Of a DNA stretch of 32,000 nucleotides, positions 16,681-24,885 are shown one piece after another (position 1 is the first letter of the stretch; the number at the start of each line of letters is the position of its first letter). The notes under the pieces are model-generated. The model was given only the letters and a program-made list of their open reading frames with translations, was not told where the DNA came from and did no database searches. The translations under genes were made by a program, and so were the position numbers. Source of the stretch: Candidatus Harpocratesius repetitus (GTDB lineage: Archaea > Asgardarchaeota > Lokiarchaeia > Sigyniarchaeales > Promethearchaeaceae); assembly GCA_021498095.1 (NCBI GenBank), contig JAIZWK010000001.1:2580001-2612000 (forward strand), given 5' to 3'.

Positions 16681-18057
16681 TTAAGATTTTACCAAAATTT
16701 CAGCATTTTGGATAATATTATAGGCTTGTTCATGGAATTTATAATTTCGTTCTACTAACGATTTAAGACTATCTTTTAATGTTTTTGCTTTAATTATTCC
16801 ATACTCTAGAGTTTTTGATTCTAAATTTTTTTTTGCTGCTTCAGATTTTGATTTAGCTTCTTCGAGTGCTTGTTCTGCCTCCGGTAACGCTTCTGGTTTC
16901 CGTTTTTCTTCTGGTTTTTCTTGCAGTTTTTTTAATTTCTTTTGACATTTGATTAAAATCTCTTCAGCGTGCTTAGCTTGCTTAATTACATCCTGTAAAT
17001 TTTTGTATTCATCAGATAATTTTTCCAATGGTTCAAGAAATTCAAATTTCATCTGCTCGATAAATGCTTGACGATTTGTTTCTATTGTTTCTAATGCACC
17101 TGCAAAACGATTTAAAATAGATTGAATATCTGGCGATTCGATTTCAGCGTATTTTTTATAAGCAGCTATTCCTTCTATTGTTTCTTTCATTAATTTAGCA
17201 TGAGCCTCTAGAATTTGTTTATTTTCACGAATTACTTTGGATAATTCCAAATCTGTTTTAGTAATCCGCTCAGTTAATGAATATATTTTAGATTTAAATG
17301 AAGGTTTATCTTCTTCCTTCCCTTTTTTAATTGTTTCCGCATTACCTTCTTTCATTTCTTGAACAAGCGAATTATCAAGTTCTGCATAAAGCTTCCCTTC
17401 ATTTCTGACTTTAATGGCAAGAATTGAATTTTTTATGTTTTCTAGTGAGTCTTTAGCTGTACCATGAAAAGCTTTCCGCTCACGAATGAGAACTTTAAGA
17501 GAATTTTGAATAACTTCTAGTTTTTGATTATGAAAGTTTTCTTCTTTTTGTTCCAACTTTTCTGAAATTTCTTTTAATACGGATTCTGCTTCAGATAATG
17601 CTTGTTCAGCTAACTCAAGTTCATTTTCTTTCATTTTTTCTGGACTATTTTCTTTCTTTTCTTGTTTCTTTTCTAGAGTTTTTTGAGCATGCTTTAATGT
17701 TTTTTGTGCACGTTCTTTCTCTTTTTTCATTATTTCTACTTCTTTCCAAGCATTAGAAAGTTGTTCAAATGGTCTAACAAATCCAATACGTAATTGTTCA
17801 ACCAGTTTTTGTCTCAACTTTTCAATATTTTTTAACACTTCAGATGTATTATTTAAGGCTTCTTTTGATACAGGTGTCTCGATTTCGCTATATTCTTTTA
17901 ACGCTTGAATTCCTTCCGTACTTTCTAAGCTGAGTTTTAATTCTGCTTCTAACATTTGACGATTTTCTTTAATTAAAGGTTCGATTGGTGATTGACCTAT
18001 AAACATTTGAGTGGTAATAAGATTCATTTTTTGTTTAAATGTGGTAAAAAATCCCAT
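16681..18057 (-). CDS. Tandem BAR-like helical-bundle protein (two ~200-aa repeats)
   Basis: All-helical and charged. Clear internal duplication: IKENRQMLEA…YSEIETP…FVRPFEQL…AEQALSEA…FHGTA versus IRENKQILEA…YAEIESP…FLEPLEKL…AEQALEEA…FHEQA. Motif order matches the three-helix BAR fold. CDS certain; the fold call is inferred. Confidence 0.75.
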   Translation of the reverse strand: MGFFTTFKQKMNLITTQMFIGQSPIEPLIKENRQMLEAELKLSLESTEGIQALKEYSEIETPVSKEALNNTSEVLKNIEKLRQKLVEQLRIGFVRPFEQLSNAWKEVEIMKKEKERAQKTLKHAQKTLEKKQEKKENSPEKMKENELELAEQALSEAESVLKEISEKLEQKEENFHNQKLEVIQNSLKVLIRERKAFHGTAKDSLENIKNSILAIKVRNEGKLYAELDNSLVQEMKEGNAETIKKGKEEDKPSFKSKIYSLTERITKTDLELSKVIRENKQILEAHAKLMKETIEGIAAYKKYAEIESPDIQSILNRFAGALETIETNRQAFIEQMKFEFLEPLEKLSDEYKNLQDVIKQAKHAEEILIKCQKKLKKLQEKPEEKRKPEALPEAEQALEEAKSKSEAAKKNLESKTLEYGIIKAKTLKDSLKSLVERNYKFHEQAYNIIQNAEILVKS

Positions 18058-18201
18058 GATTATTATTATTCCCCCTGAATTTCTTCAATCTTCATTTATT
18101 AATTTATTAATTTATGAGAGAGAAAAGTTAATGTAGGTTAAGAGAGATTATGCAAACTCGAATAAAATCATTTTGCTTTAGGATTACATAGTTGTATGTC
18201 A

Positions 18202-18657
18202 TTATTCGAAGTGTTGTAAAAGATCTTGGGCCGATTTTAGGAGTGCTTGATTTATTGATTGTAAATGTTCTGAGAGAGAATGAATTGGAAGCCGGGGATC
18301 AAAAAATTCGATTTCTATAATTAGTTTCGCAGGAGTAGATCTGGCTACAACAGATTTAATTGATTTAGTTGAAATTTTTTGAGAATGTTGCGAATCAGAT
18401 TTAGAAACGGTAGGTTTTTTCTTTTTAGACTTTCTTGCTTTCTGCTTTTGTGGAATTTTCTTTTGTATTGGAGGATTATCAGAATAATGCAATAAATCGA
18501 AAGGTTTTTCTTGAATCTCCATAGTTTCTTTTATTTTTTCTGGTGTTATAGAAATATTTTTATCATTATTGGATTCACTTTCCAAATTTGATGAATCTGA
18601 TGAATTTGAGATTAGTTGATCAAAATCTAGAGAAATTTTAAAATCCTTTTTTGCCAT
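18202..18657 (-). CDS. Hypothetical low-complexity protein (Ser/Lys-rich, probably largely disordered)
   Basis: Its ATG overlaps the upstream stop (TAATG at 18655-18659); SSDSSNLESES and KKIPQKQKARKSKKKKP tracts; short ordered C-terminus. Confidence 0.75.
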   Translation of the reverse strand: MAKKDFKISLDFDQLISNSSDSSNLESESNNDKNISITPEKIKETMEIQEKPFDLLHYSDNPPIQKKIPQKQKARKSKKKKPTVSKSDSQHSQKISTKSIKSVVARSTPAKLIIEIEFFDPRLPIHSLSEHLQSINQALLKSAQDLLQHFE

Positions 18658-19310
18658 TATAGTAATTCCTCCTGTCTGCTTAGTGATTCTTTGGATTTTA
18701 ATTTGGGATCTAAGTTGGAATCAGATAATCTATCTTTGGATTTTAATGAAACCAATTTTTCTTCTCTTTTAATTTGATTTTTATGTTCACGTGCTGTTTC
18801 TATTGCTTCAAGAAGGTTTTCACGAGTTATTGAATTTTTCAAGAAAGTCATCAATGCTTGAGAGAAAAGATCTCCCACAGATTTAAAATTATCATTTTTT
18901 TCTACTAAAATCTCTAAAATTTCAGCTTGATCCTTTGATAAATAGAGTGGTAATATTGTTTCTTCTTCGGTGTGAATCATTTCTCCTTCTTTAATTCGTT
19001 GATATGATGTTAGTAATTCATCAATACTTGGTTGAGAAATTTCATCGAAAGTAGTCAAATTTGTGGAGAAAAAGCGAATAATTCGGTTATTTTCAGGGAA
19101 GAAGACTTTTTTTTCAAAAATAGGAAAGAGTGCTTGTGGGTTTAAACAACGTTCGATAGCAGCTTGCGTGGCTCCACTGGTAAAATTATAATCATTTTTT
19201 GCAATTTTGGCGATTTCATTAAAGGCAATTGGTTTATTCGATGAATTGATAATCTCAAAAATAATTTTCTCCTTCTGATATGGATTCCTCGGTCCACCCA
19301 TCACTATCAA
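18657..19310 (-). CDS. Putative DNA-binding protein: N-terminal winged HTH plus central ribbon-helix-helix-like segment
   Basis: KEKIIFEIINSSNKPIAFNEIAKIAKNDYNFTSGATQAAIERCL…KKVFF…IIRFF (wHTH pattern, aa ~12-83); TILPLYLSKDQAEILEILVEKNDNFKSVGDLFSQALMTFL (RHH pattern, aa ~117-158). Confidence 0.6.
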   Translation of the reverse strand: MIVMGGPRNPYQKEKIIFEIINSSNKPIAFNEIAKIAKNDYNFTSGATQAAIERCLNPQALFPIFEKKVFFPENNRIIRFFSTNLTTFDEISQPSIDELLTSYQRIKEGEMIHTEEETILPLYLSKDQAEILEILVEKNDNFKSVGDLFSQALMTFLKNSITRENLLEAIETAREHKNQIKREEKLVSLKSKDRLSDSNLDPKLKSKESLSRQEELL

Positions 19311-19735
19311 TTAAAATTAAATACTGCATTCTTAAAAATACTGTTATTTTAAATAAATATCACTATGCGATAAATAACACTATTTAACAATAAATATTAT
19401 TATTTATCTTTTATTTTTTAAAAAATCAAATGATGAGAGAATGATTTTTATATAAAACAATCAAGATAGATTATGCAGGTATTCACGATTCTATAGACAA
19501 TTTTATTTAAACTCTGTAAATTATAGAAAATGCTTATGATCTACTTTGTATCAGAATAGTATCTGCATATTACTGAAAAAGGACTAAAGATTTAGAAATA
19601 CATAAATTTTGATTGTTTTCTTTTTGCCTACTCAAGTATACATTAAAAAGATATAAATGGGCTGCTGCGGAGAAAATTCGCTCAATTCTTGAGGTTTACA
19701 AGTTTGTAATCGAATTTTTTGTTAGAAATTATTTT

Positions 19736-20011
19736 TTCAAAGTAGGAGAAATTATAAAAAAAGCACCTGATGAACTTTAGAAGACGTGTCAAAATTTTGC
19801 AAGAATAGATAAGAAGGATTTTTTTTGATATTTTAAAGATAAAAAAGTCGCTTACGCTATTAGCATCAAAAATATTACGAAATTTAAAGAAGAAATAGAC
19901 CCAGTTGAAATTGAATCTGATTTTAGACCCCCACAATCCTATTGCTATCTAAAATCAAATAATTTTTTATCTAAGATTAGAAAACAAGTAAAAATTGATG
20001 AGTTTTTCTAA
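19736..20011 (+). pseudogene. 5'-truncated ASCH-domain (PUA-like) pseudogene
   Basis: Frame FKVGEIIKKAPDEL*KTCQNFARIDKKDFF*YFKDKKVAYAISIKNITKFKEEIDPVEIESDFRPPQSYCYLKS…FF*. YAI-x-I…F-x-PPQS-x-x-YL is the hallmark C-terminus of this family. Internal stops are TAG 19778-19780 (at the expected Trp) and TGA 19826-19828. Confidence 0.75.
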
Positions 20012-20181
20012 TTATATTCATCTTAGGTTTGGTATAGGTAGGGAGCGCTGAGGGAGTGCAATGGTTAGGATTTGGGTGCTGGGGTGAGATGTTAGAATGC
20101 TGATAAAACAGTTCTTAAGTATTCGACAAAAAGAGTTTACTCAAAGATTGATAATAAAAAATAAAAATAAATATAGCCAAA

Positions 20182-20955
20182 TTACTTTCCGATAGCCATT
20201 CCAGTTGGGTCTAATTCTTTCAATAAAGCTACTTCTTCATTTGTGGGTTCAGGAGTAATAGCATATTTTTCTGGAATAATTATTTCGAAACTTGAATTGG
20301 CATTGATTTCATTAACATCTACTCCTGGATGTAAAGATTCTAAATACATTCGCTTAGTGTCTGGTTGGAAACCGTATACTCCATATTGCGTTATTACCTT
20401 GAGAGGCCCTCCATTAGCTGGTAATCCTGCAGCTTCGCGAGCTCCAGGACCAGAAAGATATCCTGGAGAAGTGATGAATGTTACCTTCTTAACGAAATTG
20501 CGCTTTGTCTGCCGCATAATTATAAAGAAACCTTGGCTGAGCGATGCCACATCATTCCCACCGCCTGAACCAGGTAATCTTACTTTAGGATTATTCCAAT
20601 CTTCACCAATATAGGTTGTATTCAAGTTTCCATACATATCAATTTCTGCGCCGCCTAAAAATCCATAGTCGGTCCAACCTGATTGGGAAAATGACATGTT
20701 ATCATGCATTACTGATACTGAAATGGCGCGATACCCCGTACGTGAATCTCCAACTGAAATTGGTAAAGTTTTAACTTGTGGTCCAATAGAACCTGCCTCA
20801 AAAATTAGTAATAAATTTGGTGCATGTGTTCGTTGGGCAAACATAGCGGCAATCATAGGCAATCCAGTACCAACAAATACGCTTTTTTCATCTTTCAAGA
20901 ATTTTGCTGCAGTTATTGCCATAAGATGTGTTTTGGTATAATGTAATTCTGCCAT
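20182..20955 (-). CDS. Family I CoA-transferase beta subunit (glutaconate CoA-transferase B-like)
   Basis: FVGTGLP, LLIFEAG (catalytic Glu position), GFLGGAEIDMYGNLN, RLPGSGGGND, KVITQYGVYGF; AGGAGGT RBS; TAATG overlap with the alpha subunit gene. Confidence 0.9.
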   Translation of the reverse strand: MAELHYTKTHLMAITAAKFLKDEKSVFVGTGLPMIAAMFAQRTHAPNLLLIFEAGSIGPQVKTLPISVGDSRTGYRAISVSVMHDNMSFSQSGWTDYGFLGGAEIDMYGNLNTTYIGEDWNNPKVRLPGSGGGNDVASLSQGFFIIMRQTKRNFVKKVTFITSPGYLSGPGAREAAGLPANGGPLKVITQYGVYGFQPDTKRMYLESLHPGVDVNEINANSSFEIIIPEKYAITPEPTNEEVALLKELDPTGMAIGK

Positions 20956-21989
20956 TATTTTTTACCTCCTGCCTTTAATTTCTTTTCCAACCAAGGTGCT
21001 TTAAGAGGAGCTTCATAACGTTCAAGTTTCTCCAAATAATGCATTTTTTCAATTCCACCACATTTTTCAAGATATTCTGAGAAATCTTTCACTCCAAATA
21101 CGTATTTTTCCATCCATTCTTTAGTTCCTTCTTCAGTTTTTGACATTTCAAGCCATTCGCCAATAATCTCTTCATCAAAATAATACTTACCAGGCATATT
21201 ACAAGGATGGGATCCATATTTTACTTCTACCACGGCGTCAACAAAGAAACCAGGAATGACCGTTTTCCAAGGTTCTTCGCGAATTCGCTCATTATCGATA
21301 ATTTCTTCAGTGGTTATTACAAGTCGGCGTGCTGCACGCGCTAATTCAAAATCTTCAACAATGTAACCATCATATTGACAATTTCCAAACTTATCACAAC
21401 GTGGAACATGAATAAAAACAATATCCGGATTTGCAGAGGGTAGAAGACAAATTGGTTTTTTAGACCAAGGATCTTCCACTACTTTTGCAGAAGATTTACG
21501 TAAAGTATCTGAACCCAACATTGTACGGGTTGGAATAAATGGTACTCCCATCATTCCGCCGAGAAAGCGCCATTGATGACCTGCGTTTGAGATTTCAGAA
21601 ATTACTTTTACTTTTCCTGATTCTACAGCATTTCGTCCGCATTTAGATAATCCACGAAGTTCATGTCCAAAACAATAAGCAACTTCAACTTGGCTTATTA
21701 ATCCTCCACCAATCATAACATCTATATCATGCACTCCAGTTTTACCCAACATGGTTAAATTTCGAACTTTTTGACGGATCATTTCATAAATTGCTGCCAT
21801 GCTAATTCTAATATGTCCAAATCCTCCCATGGCAATTACATCACCATCATGTACAAATTTTTCTACAGCATCATGGATGGACATTCGTTTATCTACCATA
21901 GCACGAGATTTTTTGGATACCCATTCACGTTGTTCATCTGGATCATGCCATCCAACTAATTTTCCTTGGCCTTCGGCTAAAATTTTCAT
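20955..21989 (-). CDS. Family I CoA-transferase alpha subunit (glutaconate CoA-transferase A-like)
   Basis: VHDGDVIAMGGF, FLGGMMGVPFIP, PDIVFIHVPRCDKFGN, IPGFFVDAVVEVKYGSHP. The ATG at 21989 has GGTGA 7 nt upstream and is preferred over the ORF-track start at 22022. Confidence 0.9.
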   Translation of the reverse strand: MKILAEGQGKLVGWHDPDEQREWVSKKSRAMVDKRMSIHDAVEKFVHDGDVIAMGGFGHIRISMAAIYEMIRQKVRNLTMLGKTGVHDIDVMIGGGLISQVEVAYCFGHELRGLSKCGRNAVESGKVKVISEISNAGHQWRFLGGMMGVPFIPTRTMLGSDTLRKSSAKVVEDPWSKKPICLLPSANPDIVFIHVPRCDKFGNCQYDGYIVEDFELARAARRLVITTEEIIDNERIREEPWKTVIPGFFVDAVVEVKYGSHPCNMPGKYYFDEEIIGEWLEMSKTEEGTKEWMEKYVFGVKDFSEYLEKCGGIEKMHYLEKLERYEAPLKAPWLEKKLKAGGKK

Positions 21990-22076
21990 TTGAAATTCAC
22001 CTTTAAAAGAAAAATAGATCAAGTATGAAGTTGGTGCATAATTTAAAAATCTTTAAGTGAAAAAGAAGGAAATAGA

Positions 22077-22310
22077 TCAGTTTTTCCGAAGGCTGATTAT
22101 CAAATTATCTGGAACGGTCAGGGTGTGTTTTAAATGTGGAGATTGATTAATAATTTCATATATTGCCTTTGGTTCAGGAATTGTCCTATGTAACAGGAAA
22201 TCATCCCTTGTCTTTAGAAAGCTCAATATTTTGTTTTTTATCTTTTTTCGAAAACTTGCGCTTACTGAAATTCCTTTTAACAAAAATAAAATAACCCCAA
22301 AAGAAGACAT
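22077..22310 (-). CDS. Small hypothetical protein or gene fragment
   Basis: 77-aa ORF filling an otherwise empty gap, co-oriented upstream of the CoA-transferase pair; no recognisable motif. Confidence 0.35.
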   Translation of the reverse strand: MSSFGVILFLLKGISVSASFRKKIKNKILSFLKTRDDFLLHRTIPEPKAIYEIINQSPHLKHTLTVPDNLIISLRKN

Positions 22311-22399
22311 TTTGGATTCGTTAAATTGGCTAAATAATTCAAGAAGTCAAATCTTTAGGTAATAATATATTATAATCTTATATTAGGAGGAATTTAGCC

Positions 22400-23695
22400 A
22401 TTAAACCGAAAATTGTTCTAATTGGAGCGGGTTCATTGCAATTTGGATTGGGAACTGTGGGAAGTATTCTTCACAGCTCAATTTTAGCAGGATGCACTAT
22501 AACTCTACATGATATAAACAAAGAGAATTTAGAGTTAATTGAAACAGCTTGTCGGGCAGCTATCAAAAGTATGCAATCTACTTGTACACTTGAAGTTACC
22601 ACAGATCGAAAGCAAGCTTTGAAAGGTGCGGATTTTATAATCTCATCTATTGAAGTCACTCCCCGTTTTGAATTATGGGATCAAGATTTATGGATTCCCC
22701 GAGAATTTGGGAATAGACAAATGATGGGAGAAAATGGAGGTCCAGGTGGTCTTTTTCATGCATTACGTATAATTCCACCAATTTTGGAGATATGTGATGA
22801 TATTCATAATATTTGTCCAAATGCGTGGATAATTAATTTTTCAAACCCGATGAGCCGTATTTGTTTAGCAATTCATCGTAAATATCCAGATTTAAAAGTT
22901 GTGGGGCTTTGTCATGAAATCGCTTTTGTTAAAGAACATATACCAAAGATGTTGGAAACACCGTATGAAAATTTAGAATATAAAGCGGGAGGATTAAACC
23001 ATTTCGGAGTTATCTTAGATATTAAATATAAAGATTCTGGAAAAGATGCTTATCCTGACATTCGAGCTAAAGCCAAAGATTATTTTCAATCTGTTCCAAA
23101 AGTTGATGGATTTGGTTTAGTTCATTTTGTATTGGAAACATATGGATATTTACCTTATACAACTGATTCTCACTATGGGGAATATATTCATTGGGCAGCA
23201 GATGTAGGAGATTTTGATGGCGTACAGCGATTTCGTGATACTTATCGTGAAATGACATTAGCTGAAGGTAAACGGATTCATCGTTTAATTAAAAAAAATA
23301 AAGGCGCCCAATTAGTAAAACCAGATGATGAACGCGCTATTCCTATTATCGAAGGAATATTAACGGATTCTCATCATCTAGAAAATTCAGTTAATATTCC
23401 TAATGATGGAATAATTTCAAATCTTTCTTCTGATTTAGTGATTGAATGTCCTGCTATTGTTGATAAAGATGGTGTTCATGGAGTTCCTCTTGGTGAATAT
23501 CCAAAAGGATTGGCTGCATTACTAAGATATCAAGGTTCAGTTCAAGATTTAGTCGTGGAAGCTGCAATTCACAAATCTAAAGATTTAACATATCAAGCTC
23601 TCTTGGCAGATCCTTGCGTGGACAATCCCGATCAAGCCCGTAGAATCTTGGATAAAATGCTAACTTTACAAAAACAATATCTTCATCTTCACTAA
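22400..23695 (+). CDS. Glycoside hydrolase family 4 (NAD+-dependent; alpha-galactosidase/alpha-glucosidase type)
   Basis: KIVLIGAGS Rossmann motif (upstream of the ORF-track TTG at 22436), GENGGPGG, INFSNP, VGLCHE, GGLNHF, ALLADP. Start placed at ATT 22400, 9 nt after GGAGG. Confidence 0.92.
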   Translation: MKPKIVLIGAGSLQFGLGTVGSILHSSILAGCTITLHDINKENLELIETACRAAIKSMQSTCTLEVTTDRKQALKGADFIISSIEVTPRFELWDQDLWIPREFGNRQMMGENGGPGGLFHALRIIPPILEICDDIHNICPNAWIINFSNPMSRICLAIHRKYPDLKVVGLCHEIAFVKEHIPKMLETPYENLEYKAGGLNHFGVILDIKYKDSGKDAYPDIRAKAKDYFQSVPKVDGFGLVHFVLETYGYLPYTTDSHYGEYIHWAADVGDFDGVQRFRDTYREMTLAEGKRIHRLIKKNKGAQLVKPDDERAIPIIEGILTDSHHLENSVNIPNDGIISNLSSDLVIECPAIVDKDGVHGVPLGEYPKGLAALLRYQGSVQDLVVEAAIHKSKDLTYQALLADPCVDNPDQARRILDKMLTLQKQYLHLH

Positions 23696-23717
23696 TATAC
23701 AATTTACTCATATACAA

Positions 23718-24641
23718 TTAGAAGAACTGTAGATATTTAGTAGTGGATTTTATATAATTCCGGCAAAACCAACCTATGAAATGAAGATAATTTTTTTTTA
23801 TCATTGTTCTTTCTAATGCATTAAAATATTGCTTTCGTCTATCAGGTGTAATATCGAACATTGGATAATTATTCTTATAAATAATAAAATTCATCAAAAT
23901 TCTACCAATTCTTCCATTTCCATCAGTGAAAGGATGTATCGCAATAAACCAACAATGATATTTTGCTGCAATATATACTGGGTGTAATTCTTTTCTTGCT
24001 TTAACATACCATAGATTTAATTTCATTAATTCATTTTGAACATTCTCCCAATGAGGAGGAGAATATTTACTACCACCGATTTTTACATTAAAAGGGTGCT
24101 CAATTCCACGAAATATACCAGCCATTCCTGATTTTGTTCTAAAGAATAAGATTTTATGCCATTCTTTAATTAGTTTTAATGATAAACTTTCTTCTTGGAT
24201 ATGAAGCATTTGTTGATAAATTTTCATATGTTGAATTGTTTCAATTACATCATTAATTGGTTTATTAGCAGGAGTAATCCCTTCTTGAAGTAACAATTGT
24301 GTATCCCGACTTGATAAAGTAGATCCTTCAATTTTTGTGCTGTTATGCGTGAATATTATCCCAAATTGATTTAATTCTTTAGATTTCAAGGCATCAGGAT
24401 ACTTATGCAAATATTTATTATATTTTAAATGAATTTTTTGCAATGGTGGAATCCAAAAATGCTTAAAAACTTCATAATCGAATTCATCTTGCTTTCTTTC
24501 TAGTTCAGATGAGGGAGGTAGCGCTTTTCCAAGATGTTTCTCAATTCTAGTAGGTACTCCCGAATCTCTAAAGTAGTGTGCTAAAATAAAATACTTTTTT
24601 CCATTTTTTTCTCGTTGAATTAATTTCCCCATCTGGGTCAC
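23718..24641 (-). CDS. Fic-domain protein (class II, N-terminal autoinhibitory helix)
   Basis: Canonical HPFTDGNGRIGR catalytic motif and (S/T)xxxE(G/N) inhibitory motif STKIEG. Confidence 0.93.
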   Translation of the reverse strand: MTQMGKLIQREKNGKKYFILAHYFRDSGVPTRIEKHLGKALPPSSELERKQDEFDYEVFKHFWIPPLQKIHLKYNKYLHKYPDALKSKELNQFGIIFTHNSTKIEGSTLSSRDTQLLLQEGITPANKPINDVIETIQHMKIYQQMLHIQEESLSLKLIKEWHKILFFRTKSGMAGIFRGIEHPFNVKIGGSKYSPPHWENVQNELMKLNLWYVKARKELHPVYIAAKYHCWFIAIHPFTDGNGRIGRILMNFIIYKNNYPMFDITPDRRKQYFNALERTMIKKNYLHFIGWFCRNYIKSTTKYLQFF

Positions 24642-24700
24642 TACATTTTACTATTAACCTTATTTTTTTTTATTTGTAGTAATTATATAACTACATTTTA
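24640..24700. promoter_or_regulatory. Candidate operator/promoter of the Fic gene
   Basis: Inverted repeat TGTAGT-AATTATATA-ACTACA (24675-24695) encloses a TATA-like core. The 11-bp direct repeat ACTACATTTTA occurs at 24640-24650 (over the GTG start) and 24690-24700. Confidence 0.35.
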
Positions 24701-24885
24701 TTAAATTTATACAATTTAATTAAAAAGTAGTGATTGTGTAAAAAAAATAGAATAAATATATAATTAGAAAAAAATTGTCACCTACATATTGTAAATATAT
24801 AAGCCAACGTATATACTCAATTTATTAATCATTTGTCTGCATATCTGTATTTATACCGATGGTTCTTTAATATTTGTAGAAAAAA

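Noticed and set aside
16681-18057. SMC, myosin-like or PspA/ESCRT-III assignment for the 458-aa helical protein
   Set aside because: No Walker A/B motifs; the exact two-fold ~200-aa repeat with Pro-marked helix breaks fits a three-helix BAR better. Needs confirmation by profile search.
19778-19828. Stop-codon reassignment or read-through as an explanation for in-frame TAG/TGA/TAA in the pseudogenes
   Set aside because: TAG ends intact genes (14526-14528, 16510-16512), TGA ends the gene at 828-830, and TAA ends many others. The relics carry all three stop types, consistent with decay.
19682-19936. 84-aa minus-strand ORF
   Set aside because: Antisense shadow of the plus-strand ASCH pseudogene; Phe/Lys/Ile-rich composition typical of reverse-read AT-rich coding DNA.
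20243-21993. Plus-strand ORFs 20243-20614, 20696-20941, 21771-21959 and 21799-21993
   Set aside because: Antisense shadows of the higher-GC CoA-transferase genes.
21990-22022. ORF-track N-terminal extension MIYFSFKGEFQ of the CoA-transferase alpha subunit
   Set aside because: The extension contains the GGTGA RBS for the ATG at 21989.
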